Below are positions 35,597 to 50,177 of a stretch of DNA of 64,000 nt, in pieces. Source of the stretch: Azolla caroliniana (taxonomy: Eukaryota > Plantae > Polypodiophyta); the NCBI GenBank assembly GCA_043228905.1, contig JBHGNT010000014.1, forward strand, positions 3,162,001 through 3,226,000, given 5' to 3'. Positions within the stretch are counted from its first letter, which is position 1. The number at the start of each line of letters is the position of its first letter. The translations under genes were made by a program, and so were the position numbers. Under the pieces are notes generated by a model that searched no databases, was not told the DNA's origin, and saw only the letters and a list, made by a program, of their open reading frames with translations.

Positions 35597-38500
35597 TGTG
35601 AAGAGTCTATTACTAATCAATAGACCAAACTAAAGTAAAAGAAGGAAAATAGAATGGATAGAAGAAACCGTTCCACCCGACCACCCCCAAGTTATGATCT
35701 AGACATAGCCAACCTACCACCGACGTCCCATACCGCCGGATATTAGGATGACTAATACCTTGGAAGAGATAAACACGATCGTCGAGACGAAAGCCTAGCC
35801 CGCACCACCGGTGTCTAAAACAGTAGCCTTTCGACGTAACGTGATTATGAGGGTAGCTAAGCCTCATATTTATACCTTTTCCTAGGCCCCTTGAATAGAT
35901 GTGGCTTTCCAAAAGGCTCTCCTCCATTCATTGGTTGGTCAAATCATGATAGTGCATGCACTTATCATTCCTTCTATCCAATCATTAGTCCCCTTTTTAA
36001 CATTAGTGAACATACCCTTCACTAATGTAAATATTGGTGACCTACCCTCACCAACGTTATATGTACAGAACATACTCCCCTACTTCAAAGGATTGCACTC
36101 TTGCAATATAAAGTGAGGAAATTATGCCTTAAGAGTATGCTTGTGTTCCCATGTGGCATCATCAATAGGTTTATCCATCCATTTGATCTTGAATAGCCGA
36201 ATCTCTTTAGAACGTAAACGTTTAGTATGAGAATCAAGAATTCGCTCAGGAACATGAGGTTTGTAAGAAAAATCCTCTAATGTTACAAGATCTTGGATTG
36301 TGATGGTGTTATCACTAGAGCCTAAAAATGGTTTTAGATGACTAACGTGAAAAACAGGATGAATACCAACGTTACGGGGTAAGGCAAGGTGATAAGCAGA
36401 TAACCCAACCCGCTTAAGGATTTCAAATGGGCCACAATATCGTGGGGCTAACTTAGCGCACTTGCTCGTAGACAATGACGTAGAGTCAATAGGGACACAC
36501 AAAAAAACTTTTTGACCAATAGTAAATGCATGAGGACGTCTATCCTGATCAACATAAAAATCGAGCACGATCTTGAGTTGTCTTGACATTCTCTTTGGCA
36601 ATATGCAACATTTGGTTCATGTTTTGCAAAAAAATTGCGTGTATTGTCTAATGTATCACGATGAATCGGGACATCAACTGGGGCACGTGGCTGAAAACCA
36701 TACATCAACATAAAAGGACTATATCCAGTGGATGTATGTTTTGAGCTGTTATAGGAAAATTCTAAGATAGGAAGGTATTGCTCCCACTTAGAAGGGGTTT
36801 TTGCTACATAAGCTCGAAGCATGTCCTCAATAATTTGATTAACTCGTTCAGTTTGTCCATTAGACTGAGGATGATCTGCGGAACTCATGCTCAACGTAGT
36901 TTCTAGTTTCTTAAAGACTTGAGTCCAAAAGTCACTAGTAAACTTGGAATCTCGATCACTAACAATATCCATCGGTAATCCATAAAAACGAAATAACTCA
37001 TCAACAAATTGATAAGCCAATTGTCGAGCGGTTACCGTGGTTTTGGTAGGAATAAATCTAGCCAATTTTGTTATTATGTCAACGACAACCCAAATGGCAT
37101 CATGACCCCTCTGTGTACAAGGTAAACTAACAATAAAATCCATCGAGATACTTTCCCATTTGTTGTTGGGAATATCTAAGGGATGTAAAAGATTCGTAGC
37201 TTTAAGTCGTTCCGACTTATTAATCTGACATTGTAAGTATTGAGTTACGTATTTATGCACGTCAGAGTGCATCTTAGGCCAGAAGAAAGTATTGGAGATG
37301 AGAACGAATGTGCGTTGTAATCCAGGATGACCAATAGATGGTGCATCATGACATTCATGAAGAATTTTCTATTTTACGTTTGGTAAATCTGGAACACAGA
37401 CCTTTCCACTATGGTAGAGCAAACCGTTTGTAATGTGAAAGGTCGCCTTTGAGGGTAGGGTGCTAGTATCGACATCTAAACCAGATTCGGCTTTCGTCTA
37501 GTATTTCGAAAAATAACTATCATCATGGTATTTCCCTCGAAGGTGATCTAAAAGATCAGATTTTATTTCTGTGAAGGTAAGCATGTTAACTTCTTTAATG
37601 CGACTAAGAGCATCCACAATAGTGTTCATAGAACCCTTGTGATACCATATGGAAAAATCAAAATCTTGCATAAGGTCAGCCCAACAGTCTTTACGACCAA
37701 CAAGATTTGGCTGGTCACAAAAATACTTCAATGATTGATGGTCTATTATAACCACAAATTTATTTCCATAGAGATATTGCCTCCATGTTTTAAGTGCATG
37801 TATTAATTACCGCAAACAACTCTTTCTCTTGAACTAAATACCAAGACTGAGCAGCAATAAGCTTCTTACTTTCATCGGTTTCGATTGAGAAAGGCTTAGA
37901 AGGGTCCGATAATAGAAGAGTGGGAGCCAGCCACACATGCTCTTTGAGTGTCTCAAATGATTTGTCAAGTTGTTCATTCCATGCAATTGGTTTGACAGAC
38001 TTACGTGGATGACCTTTTAAAAGGTCAGTTAATGGCGTAATCAATTTGGAATAGTTACGAATTGATTTTCGTAAAAATCTAACAAACCCTAAGAATGATC
38101 GCAGTTCACGAATATTACGAGGAATGGGCCAAAGTTTAACCTTTTCAATACGAGAAGGTTCAACTTCAACACCAGTGTCTGTAATTAAATGACCTAGGTA
38201 CACAATAGATTTTTGGAAAAAATCACATTTTGAATGTTTTGCATAGAAAGAGTTGTCACGCAACTTTTACAAAACAAATCGAACATGTTGAACATGATCT
38301 TGCAAGGTACGGGCTATATATGAAAATATCATCCAAGAAGACGACAACAAAATCATCGAGTTGATGTCGGAAAACGTCAATCTTCGCTTGTTGGAATGTT
38401 GCTTGAGCATTAGTCAACCCGAAAGGCATGACTAAAAACTCATAATGGCCATAACGCGTATGAAAAGTGGTTTTAGGAATATCATCCTCGGCAATGCGAA

Positions 38501-41500
38501 TCTGATGATGACATGTTCGTAAGTCAATTTTCGTAAAATATCGGGCCCCATGCAAATGATCAATCAAATCATTGGCACGAGGTAATGGATATGCATTTTT
38601 AATTGTCATTTTATTCAAACGGTAATAATTGATACACATTCGCCATGAACCTTCCTTCTTCTTAACTAATACAACTGTCGCACCCCAAGGTGATTTACTA
38701 TACCTAATGTGACCCATACTCAAGTATTCCTTAAGTTGTTTAGCGATCTCATCCTCTTCTAATCGACTAAGTCGGTAAGGTGGAATGCTCATAGGAGCAG
38801 CACCAGGGATGAGTTGAATTTGATGGTCCACATTACGTTTTGGTGGTAAAGTAAATGGTAATTCGTTAGGAAACACGTCTTGAAAATCATCTAAAATAGA
38901 GTCGAGTAATCATTGTTCATAATGTGGTAATGGTGTGGCGTCAATATTAAAATAATAAAACTGAAGCGCAGGATCAATTACACACGAATAAATTAATGAA
39001 CTAGAATACTCACTTAAAGATTTAGAAGACACAAGTGAACGAGAAGGAAGTTTGGAACATTGAATAAAATGTTTACAATTATTAAGTTCAAATGTGATTG
39101 AGTGATTAACCCAATCAATGGAGAAAGAAGGGTTTTTATTAAAAAACCAAGGGTATCCTAAAATGACATCTGCAGATTGTAGTTTCATAACATGAAAGTC
39201 AAGCTTCTCCAAATAGGTATCTATTTGAATTGGTAGTTGACAAACAATGCCACTGATGTATTGAACACTTCCATTTGCCATGTGAACTTGATAGATATGA
39301 TCACTTGCGTTTATGTGGAGTTCCATTTGTTGCACAAAGTGATCATTAAGAAAATTGTGAGAACTATTGGAATCAACAAGAAATGTGCTTGTGTTCCATT
39401 GATATACCCGACTGCACGGAGTAAATCACTAGGTCCAAGTAAATGTGAAGGAAAAGTGCATTCACATGAACTTAGGTGGTTGGTATGAACTTCAAAAACA
39501 TCAAAAGACTCACCTTTGTGACTCGTAGATTTGTCTTGAGGAGGGGTGTTCATTGACTTCCTCTCAAGACAACGACATGTATCCTTTGTGTGACTCTGCT
39601 TCTTGCAATATACACAGAAGAGGTTAGGTTTCTTGGAGTCGCGGTCAAGAGTGTCATTGGATTGCTTACATTTCCAATTGAACTTGACATTCAAAGTTTT
39701 GGCGAACTCGGGTTTATTGTGGTCTTTCTTGGAAGTTCTATGGTACCAAAGTACAATGTTGACGGCTTCCTCAAAAGTTGTGGGGTCCTGGTCATGGACA
39801 ATCCAATGGTAATCCCCATTAGGAATACCATTCAAAAAGCAAGCAACAAACCATTTCTCACCCGTAAGTCCCAATTTTTGGATCTGGGTCCGAGCATGAT
39901 GCACGTAATCCTCGAGAGAGGTAAATGGCTTACTCGAAAACGTGAGCAAGTGTGCGCTTGTTCAGTTTGAAAAGGTGGCTGCAAAAATTGTTTCTTATAA
40001 ACATCAACGAAACCTTCCCAAGTTGTGGGTAAGTTCTTTACAGTCCTTAGGTTGCACCACCAAGCAGTAGCTCGGCCACCTAACTCACGACCGACGTAAC
40101 CAATTTTTACAGCATCGGGCTTGGGGTGGAGCTCAAAGTGAGACTCCCAATGACCAAGCCAAGTGCTAATGGCCTCCTTGGGTCTTTCTTTCTTATCTCC
40201 CTTGAATGGCGTTACTACGAAATAAGGCTCACCTTCTTTCTTGGACTCAATAATCAATTCTTGGAATTTCTTTTACAATGCCATATTGGCCTGCCTCATT
40301 TCGGCCAATTGATTCAAGATAGTAGTGAGCAATTGCTCAAAGTGATCTCAGCTTGTGTGCGAGATGCGGATTGGAGTTGAGAGGTCTCGATCGCAGAGAT
40401 TGCTCCAACAACGTTCAAAACTTGTTCCATGATGCAAGCTGTGGGTATGCAATATAAATAAGGAGGTTTAGAAAATACACAAGCAAAATGAATGCTTGAA
40501 ATTTTGATTGTAAGAACTTTACCAAGAAAGCATCTCATGTCTTTACCTCCCTAGACATATGAGATGTGATTCGAGGTCCGATAACTATGGTAACACTATG
40601 GTGTTTTAAAAACCATGGGGGTAAACATAGTTAAGATGTCTTTCTCGGATCTCTATCTTGAGTAATCATGGCGGCTCCCTGAGGTTCAACCATGGTTCTA
40701 ACATCAATGTAGTTTCCTAGTTAGCCTTATATTAGAATGCCAACCCAACATGTATTGATATGGTAGAGAAAGTGTATTATGTGAAAAAACCAGTGCACTC
40801 GCAAGTAATATTCTAGTCTTGTGAGTAACAAGCAAATATTATGACAGAAACGATAAAATAAGGCACTACCCATTAGAGGCAAGTAGTGACGAAAACAAGG
40901 GCAAAAAAACCCATGTGTTACCTACTAAAAACAATGTCACAAATAAATGGATGGTGTGAGGTATGCACATATACATCCCAATATGGTGGTTGTAATTTGC
41001 ACAATTGTGACATAAGCCACAAATTGATACAAGTGGCGGTGGTGTTGTGCGCAAAGATGTAGAACTCAAATCTATGAGTAAAACATCAATAGGGGAACTC
41101 ATGTGGTTTTACTCGAGTTCTATGGCTCGATAATATGAGTTAAACCTAGATGAGCCATTGGAAAAAATCGTTCAAAAAACAACATGATGCCCACTCAATA
41201 TTAAAAAATAGTCTACATGAATCATTACACCATTAAACGTACGTAAATAGTGTAGATGAACTTAAAATAAGGGCAAGAAAGAGAGTTAATTGTGGGTGGG
41301 TAAATGATAATTACTAGAAAATCATACAAAAGTAAAACAAAAATTTGTGTAATTAGAAATTAATTAGAATAATAATCAATTAGGTGTATGAATCATTAAG
41401 CATGCCTCAAGGTATGAAACCCTAAGGTAGTTGACATGCACCTCCTCAAGACCACCACATCTCCCTAGAATCAACCAATTGGTGGGTCAATAAAGAGTAA

Positions 41501-42588
41501 AGTGGCATAGGTAAGCGCATATACCTCGTTAAGGCCCCAACAAACCATAAAATTGGCCAAGTGATGGCTCAATAGAGAGTAGAGTGGCATAGGTAGGTGA
41601 CATACACCTCGTTAAGACCACAACATCCCATAGAATTAGCCAAGTGATGGCTCAATAAAGGGAAGAGTGGCATACTCAACATCATATGCAAAAGGGCCAT
41701 GAGGTGAGCGTGTGCGATTAGGGCAAACACACTCGACCCGATGCACAAGAATAATTATTATCATAAGAGATGACTCAAGAGAGGGGAGAGTGGGAGATAC
41801 ATCGCAATATGCAAAAGGGCCATGAGTTGAGCATGTGCAATTAGTGCAAACACGCTCGACCCCATGCATAAGTAGATTAACATCGTATGATGGTTGAAAG
41901 AAGAAAGAAAAGAAAAGAAAATGTAATACCACTTCCATATGACCAAGAAGAAAGCATCATAGAAAAGAAAAAAGAGATCGAGAAAGAAGAATACCAGGTT
42001 AAGAATGTTGTTTTGATCCTGTAAAGAGCTTGACGAGCCTTGTTAGATCCCCATCGCTCACACGCAAAAAACATCAAAACAACAAAAAAATTGTTAGTAA
42101 ATGCTTTGATATCACTGTTAAGAGTCTATTACTAATCAATAGACCAAACTAAAGTAAAAGAAGGAAAATAAAATTGATAGAAGAACCCATTCCACCCGAC
42201 CACCCCCGAGCTATGATCTAGACATAGCCAACCTACCACCGACGTCCCATACCGCCGGATATTAGGATGACTAATACCCTGGAAGAGATAAACACGATCA
42301 TCGAGACGAAAGCCTAGCCCGCACCACCGGTGTCTAAGAAAGTAGCCTTTCGACGTAATGTGATTATGAGGGTAGCTAAGCCTCATATTTATACCTTTTC
42401 CTAGGCCCCTTGAATAGATGTGCCTTTCTAAAAGGCTCTCCATTCATTGGTTGTCCAAATCATGATAGTTCATGCGCTTATCATTCCTTCTATCCAATCA
42501 TTAGCCCCCTTTTTAACATTAGTGAACATACCCTTCACTAATGTAAATATTGGTGACCTACCCTCACCAACGTTATGTGTACATAACA
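35597..42588 (-). mobile_element. Full-length but decayed Ty3/Gypsy chromovirus
   Basis: LTRs 35597-36072 and 42116-42588; perfect 5-bp TSD CTAGT; degenerate Met PBS; gag knuckle CVYCKKQSHTKDTC; [14 protein letters not shown]; INT SMDF, SDRD, GQTERVN; GPF; chromodomain PERILD..IKWMD..DATWE. Confidence 0.93.
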
Positions 42589-45502
42589 CTAGTAGTAGTC
42601 TAGACTGCTAGGTAATCATTGTCTCGTAGTTAGTGTCAGTCGCTCATATGAGCATTGAAGTACATAGCACTTCTGTCAGTCCTTTTGAGGACTTGTATAA
42701 ATAGTGTTGTTTAACACGTTGTACACACAGAGTGTTTTTATTATTTTGAATCTACGTTTACATTCTACTCTCTCTGTCTCTCCCGCATTGTCGTAGTGTA
42801 GTCCGCACACTACGTGAAAAATGTAAAAATAATATATCCGATTTAAGTACATATATATAAATAAAAGAAAATATTAAAATATTTATTACATGCATAGGGC
42901 AAGATTCGAACCCTACACCTCCATGTAAATAAACCAAAACTTTACCATTGTATTAACTTATCCTAAGTGTTATAATTATAGATTTAAGGTATAAGACTTT
43001 TATTTATGCCTACCTTTATTAAAAGGTAAATCATGCATTTTTAGAGTGCGTGAATACTTTATTTACAAGAAATTTATAAACCAATAAAAAAATACTCGTG
43101 CACATCTAGCATGCATGAGCACTATATTTAGGAAATAAAAGCATAGTGGAAAAAGGAACTCATGCGCATTTAGTGTGCATGAACACTTTAGAAAAAGCAG
43201 GAAGCTATGCTTAGTCTCTCCCATCCTTATATAAGGACAAGAGAAAGATGTATATGGGGGTTGATTATTTTGTAAGGATTGACCAATATAATATACTTGT
43301 GGGATTCACGAGGTTTCTATATCTCTCTTTCAATCCAAATTCATATTCTTATCTTGATAGTGATTAATCTAATACAATACACTGGTGGGATTCACGAATT
43401 CCTATCTCTCTTTCTTAAATTCTATTCATAACTATAATTGTCTCAAATTCTTCCTCCTCCTAGTCCAAAACCCCAGTGGTTCCCACCCGACTCACGCAAT
43501 GATCCAACACCGAAAGGCACAACACAGTTGGTGAACCTGACGTGAAACCGAGTGGCAAGGAGATGGTAATTAAACCAGAGGCTAACAACATGATGACGAT
43601 GTTCGAGCAGATGCTACAAGAACAACAAGCGATGTTGGAGATTGCGGCGGCAGTAGAGCGGCTCGTGCAACGGAATGGGCAATTCAATGAGAAAGATGTG
43701 TCACGGTATTTGCGAGAATAGAAGGTGGAAATGCTATGGTGCAAAATTTTAGAAGGATTACAAGTGACATCTTTCAACCAGGTGGCGACCGACGGTCTTC
43801 AAGGGAGTATCCATAGGATACGACAACAGAATCCAACATGGGAAGCATTTGAAGAGGCCCTAAAGACCAAGTTCGCCATCGAGGACTCCTCCAAGGCAAC
43901 GAGGAGAGGATTCGAAGATTGGGTGGAAACGCTAGACAAGGGAATGAAGGTCCTCGATGTGTTTTTGGCATTCGAAAGTCGGTTTGGGAGGTTGTCCGCG
44001 AGAGATCAAGCTATCCTCACATCGGACAAAGTGATCATGTTCCTACGAGCCGTAGACGTCTGGGACCGGAAAGATCTTGGAGTGCTTCTAGAGGACACGA
44101 CCACCGAGAGTGGCCTCACCGATACATGGGATAATGTGCAAGATATCGTCGCACGATACACAAAGAGGGGGCAATGGCTTGCTAATGAAGAAAAGAGGGT
44201 TTTGGAACCGATTACGAAACCCAGATCCGGATTGGAAGACCATCAACCGCGGGCTCGGGAGACTACGACTGAGAAGAAAATCGACACAACCACAATGGAG
44301 CAATTGCTTAAGGAGATGGAGAATATAAAAATCGCGATGGTGAAGAAGTCGGATGACCATCCCACAAGTTCCAAGTATATGAACCGTCGGTGTATATGGT
44401 GTGATAGCACCGAACATGTTCGGAGGGATTGTGATGAGCACAAGGAAGCGTTACGATGAGATCTTATCTACTATGAGGGAAATTAGATTCATTCAATGGA
44501 CTCTCGAAAGCCACTCCGACCAAACTTCCGGAAAGGCGGCATGAAGAAGGTCCTAGAGGAGGAAATAGTGGCGAAAGGTAATTATGAGACAACTGTGAGA
44601 ATAAGTGTGGGTGAGTTATCAGCAGCAAAGGCATCTTTTTGGTCGAATGTGCTAGAAAACCTTGAGAAAACGGACTCCAATGAGATCCGAAGCACCGCGG
44701 AAGGCATCCGTGAAGCTACAGGATGGGAGTGCCCTATCGATAAGAATAGCGTGTACGCCTTATGTCAATTGCATGAAGTGTATATAGACGAGAAACGATG
44801 GTGCACGGATGGTGTTCGAAGAGAGAATCCTCGATAGCCGTGTATATAGACGAGAAACGATAGCCGTGTAGAATTTTCGCTTTGGGAATTACTTGGAATA
44901 GCAAAGAAGGAGTTCCACGATCTTCTTGTGGATCTCGTGAAGATAAAAAGACAAAGTACGAAGGAAAATGCTCCAAGGGTGAATGCAAATACCGTTTTAA
45001 TGAATGACACCGAATTGGAGGACGAAATTCCGAACTCCCACTACACAAGGCCACATTGGGCACATGCAACTACGGAGATTTAGATCCGAATCGGCAACAT
45101 CAAAGAGGTCGTGCTAGCATTGATTGATCACGGATCGGAGATCAACTTGATGTGCAAGGAGTTCTACCGGAAGGGGAAGTGGGCTATTAACACTAATCAT
45201 GGATGGAAGATCTAGGCAACCACTAAAGCAACAGAAGACCTATTTGTGGTTTGTCCGGATGTGACGGTGAAGATCAGACATGTGGAGATAGACCAAAATT
45301 TCTTCGTGCAAGATGAGGTCTCACACTCCGTGATCCTCGGGCAACCCTTTATCACGGCATCACGGATGGAGACGAAGGTGCTCGATAGCGGTGCGACTTT
45401 CGCACGAATTTGGAGTCAAAGTGGGGGAAAATCTGTCCAATTCCTAAGTGTGCCTATGAATCATGAAAGGAACAACAGGGAGCTCTTGTCCCAAACAAAG
45501 AT

Positions 45503-45566
45503 GGATTTTTAGAGCAGACTGTTGCGGAGTGGGGAAGTGGTAGTCCAAGAAGCCCTGACACCCCAC
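45503..45566 (+). promoter_or_regulatory. Predicted -1 ribosomal frameshift signal (GGATTTT + H-type pseudoknot)
   Basis: Heptamer immediately before the gag-PR stop; 6-nt spacer; stems AGACTGTT/GGTAGTCC and GTGGGG/CCCCAC; the -1 frame is open into pol. Confidence 0.7.
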
Positions 45567-45937
45567 GCAGGAAGAAAACTCTCGGAGCAAAACAAGTACG
45601 AATCGGTCTGGATGGGGCATCTACGTACACGGCCGTAACCGGAGGAATGAAGAAAGAATACCGAAACGTAGAGGATAAGTCACGATCGGCATCAATAATA
45701 AAAGAAGACGAAGAAATCGTAGGAGTAGTCGAAGAAGTGTTCTATGGGAGCACGCTACAACAGCTTGAAGAGTTGCGAAAGAAAATAGCTAGGGAGATCG
45801 GGTAGTTCCGGTGGAATCGGTCGAGATGTGCGAGATCATTGCGAAAATGGGGCCGGATGTGCTCCGCAAAGAAGAAGCAATGGTAAGTACGAAATACAAG
45901 ACTGTGGAGAGGAAAGTGAAATTGGGCGCGGGACCGT

Positions 45938-48900
45938 TGTCTTGCCTTTCGGTGCTGGATCGTTGTGTGAGTCGGGTGGGAAGCGCTGGGGTTTTGGACT
46001 AGGAGGAGGAAGAATTTGAGATGAATCTAGTTATGAATAGATTTTAAGAAAGAGATATAAAAAACCTTATCAATCCCACGAGTATAATGTATTTTATATA
46101 ATCAATATTAGGATAAGAATATGAAATTAGAATGAAAGAGATAGATAATAATAGAAACCTTGTGAATCCCACGAGTATAGTTTATTTCGTGAATCCCACG
46201 AATATAATTTATTAATTGTTGTTTTTAGAAATATATCCAATTTCCAAATATTCCACCCCTATTACATTGTGCTCCCCATCCTTATATAGTGACGAGAGAG
46301 TCTTCGCAATCCATGCTTTTTCTCTAACTATAGACTCCATGCTTTTTCTGTCAATAGACTACATACTTTTTCTAAAAGTGATCATGCGTTTTTATTTTTT
46401 TCAACTATAGTGTTCATGCACGCTAGATGTGCATGTGTAGCTTTTTCTTTTATCATGCGTTTTCTTCTAACTAAAGTTCATATTTATTGAATTGGTTATT
46501 CTCACCCCCTCCGAACCCGCACATCCTCCGGTATGTGCCGAAGTTTTCGGTGATTGTTAGTCTCCTCCGTCTGATCTCCGCCCGATTGGTTTCGTTGCCA
46601 GTCCTATTGTCAGTTTTGTTCAGTTGCAAGTTTTCGGTTGCCGGCTCTGCCCAGTCACCGGTTCTCGTAATTCTGCTTTAATCGTAGTACCCTCCGTTTC
46701 TCTTGCTATGTCGACTTTGTCTCTCCATTTTGAGCATATCCATTCTTTCCACCCGAACCATTGTCGCCATCCGATCCACCATCGTCTTCGTTCATTGTTT
46801 GCATGGCCATGGACGGTTGTTACGGCTCCTCGTGTTCCTCTGGAGAATAACCCTTCATGTCTTGTGCATGTGCCATGCTTCCCACTTTGTCCACCTTTGT
46901 CATATAATCTCGCGTTAGAGTTGAAAATCTTCATGTGATAGCCCTCCTTTGTCGAGATCTCATCCTTGGTAACATCCTTCAAATTTGCTTGGCTCGCTTG
47001 GTCCTTGTCATCTTTTGTAGTGCACCTGCTTGACCTCTTCCTCGTAACTGTTAGCCTTGATCTCTTCGACCTCCGGTTGAGTCGGATTTTCTTATTTTCG
47101 AATTGGTCGCATCCAATCGTCTTTCGGTTGAATCGACTTTCATTTGGATTCGTAGTCGGCTGATTCAGACTTGGTTGATTGGTTTTTACTGATTCGGCCC
47201 ACTTTCGGGTCGGTTTAGACTGATCGAATTCTGTCCGGATTTGTTTCCTTTTCCTTATTTTCACCGGCCTCAACCGGTTAGACCTCCGACACTTCTTTCC
47301 ATTGTCCGTTGTGTAGGTCCTCTGATTGGGCCCCTAGTCACTCCGATCACACGCCGGATTCTGCCCCTTGCGTGCTGCCTTCATTCCTCCTTTGGCTCGA
47401 TCGTCCCCTCATCCTGAGCATCTCGCCGTGTTGTCTCTCTCCGTTCCTTGCTTGCCTTCCGTAGGCTCTACCCACACGTCGATGCCAACCTTCGAATACG
47501 CGCTTGCTCTTAGGTTCACATGCGGCTGTAATGCATGCTTCATTTTTTGCCATAGTGCTTGCATCGTATTACGCCGTACTGCATGCTTCGTATTCCGATG
47601 TAGTGCATGCTCCATTTTGTGCCATAGCACGTGCTCCGTATTGCGCGCTTCTCCCGATGCAGACCCAACCTCTGCGTAGTCGTGCTTTCGTGTAGATCAG
47701 AATTTCGGATAGATCTTCTTCCATCTGAACCGGCTTCCGACTTTACCTTCCTCGCCGTCATCTCCTGTCTCTCCGGTCTCATGTTGCTTCTCAAACACAA
47801 CCGCTGAAGTCTCTAGGATTAGTGGGCAAGAATCCTCGGTATTATCGTTCTCCGTTGTTTCACCTATAGCCACCTTCTTGGCTATCTCTTCGTCGTATGC
47901 ATCGGATTCGAACTTTGTTTTCTCTCCACCACCTTCCATCTCTTCGGTCTCTCGTTGTCTTTCGAACACAACTGCTGAAGTCTCTAGAACTAGTGATGGG
48001 AATGTCTTCATACGGCCATCCGCCATTGATTCTTCCATAGCCACCTCCAATTCGATGTCATCTTTTGTGGCGACCTCCTCAATCAAGTCCGCCTCGCACT
48101 CTTTATCTCCCTCGATCATGCAAGCATCGATTATGCTTACCCCTTTTTCACCCGATGTTTCGGATACTTGTATTTCGAAACCTTCTTCCGTTCTTGAAGT
48201 GGTGTTCGCCACTCTCAAGTCATCGACCTTATCCTTGGCCGTCATTCTTTCGCAAGACGAGAGGGTGACTTGTTCCACACTCTCTCCCGTGGTACCATCA
48301 TATTGTATTTCGGCCTTCGTATCAGTCACATCGTTCATCCTTAATCGATCATCACTTATAGGCCATGATGTTGCAGAATACTCTTGTCTTCCTCTTATCA
48401 TATCTTTGGCATACTCTTTCGACTTTAGCCCAATCCTCGGTAAGGCCATTTGCACCGTATTCATCGTCGAGTTTGATCCCAATGTTCATCCTTTCTTTCC
48501 GATCAATCGATCTTACGAACATTAGGACTTTATCCTCCCCCAGTAATCTTTGTTCCCGCTCCGAGAGTCGAGCAAAATGATACTCAAACTCTAGGAATGC
48601 TTGTGTTGCACTTCGGTGGGTCTTCTCCAATACCACCCATTCGTCGAACTCGCGTCGATCTCGTCCCCTCGATCTCTCATAGTCATATGTATTGAGAAAT
48701 CAATGTGGAGTAGATCACAATAAACGAACTACGCGCTGAAATACGAATTACAGAAATGCCAGAAAGACAAGACACACACCAATGCACAGAGATTTACGTG
48801 GAAACCCTAAAACGAGAAAAAACCAGAGGTGAACAGATTCTTCACTATACAAAGTGGATATACAACACTCTGTCGAGTGTATCAGCCGCATAGGGCTCTT

Positions 48901-50177
48901 TGCGTTTGCTGTTACACACACAACTGCTATGGCACGACTCACATTACTCTCTCTTACACTCTCTCGTTCACTGTTCCTACTATTCTAACTCTCTTCATCA
49001 CGAAAGTTTGCCCTAGTTGCATATATACTTACGCAACTTTCTGGTTATTTACATACGTAGCCCTCATGGGGCGCACACTTAGACCATTTACAAGTATAGT
49101 CTCCCGAGTTGGCTATCGGAAAACAGGAGCCGAGTTCCTCATCAACTCGGCTCCGGTTTTCCGACTCTTCGATTGTCGGCTTTCCGAACAATCGGATCAT
49201 CCTCCCATTGGTGGGACATATTCCCAACAATATGCCTCTCGTAAAGCTTCTTCAAGGACCCCCATGTCGGGTTTTGTTGCCGTATCTTGTGAATTCTCTC
49301 TTGTAGCTCATCCGTGGCCACACAACTGAAGGATATCACTTGCAATCCTTCCGGTATCCCATGTCGCATCATCGCCGCCTTGTAGTCACATAGATAACGT
49401 GACACGTCCTTTACGTTGAATTGCCTGTTTCTTTGCACAAGCCGCTCTACTTCCGATTTGATCTCCAACATCAAGCGTTGTTCTTGTAGTATACGGTTAA
49501 GCATCATCGTCATCATGGATATCACCTCTTGTTGATTCTCCATCTCCTTGCCACCCGTCTTCATGCCGGGTTCACCAACTGTGTCGTGCCTTTCGGTGTC
49601 GGATCGTTGCATGAGTCGGGTGGGAGGCATTGGGGTTTTGGACTAGGATGAAGAATTTGACATGAATCTAATTATGAATAGATTTTAAGAAAGAGATATA
49701 AAAAACCTCATGAATTCCACGAGTGTAATGTATTTTATATAATCAATATTAGGATACGAATATGAAATTAGAATGAAAGAGATAGATATAGAAACCTCGT
49801 GAATCCCACGAGTATAGTTTATTTCGTGAATCCCACGAATATAATTTATTAATTGGTGTTTTTAGAAATATATCCAATTTCCAAATATTCCACCGCTATT
49901 ACAATGTGCTCGCCATCCTTATATAGTGATGAGAGAATCTTAGCAATCCATGCTTTTTCTCTAACTATAGACTCCATGCTTTGTCTATCGATAGACTACA
50001 TACTTTTTCTAAAAGTGATCATGTGTTTTTATTTTTTTCGACTATAGTGTTCATGCACGCTAGATGTGCATGTGTAGCCTTTTCTTTTATCATGCGTTTT
50101 CTTCTAACTAAAGTTCATATTTATTGAATAAGTTATTTTATACGTTTTTCACGTAGTGTACGAAATACACTACGACA
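45938..50177 (-). mobile_element. Second non-autonomous gag-only element, nested in its autonomous relative
   Basis: LTRs 45938-~46500 (end-deleted) and 49582-50177; Trp PBS 49560-49577; TSD CCGT/CCGC; same gag-acidic-basic layout as 18904-20916. Confidence 0.85.
48690..49229 (-). mobile_element. Solo Copia LTR
   Basis: Perfect 5-bp TSD ATATG; begins TGTTGGGAATATGTCCC on the minus strand, like LTR 5591. Confidence 0.85.
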
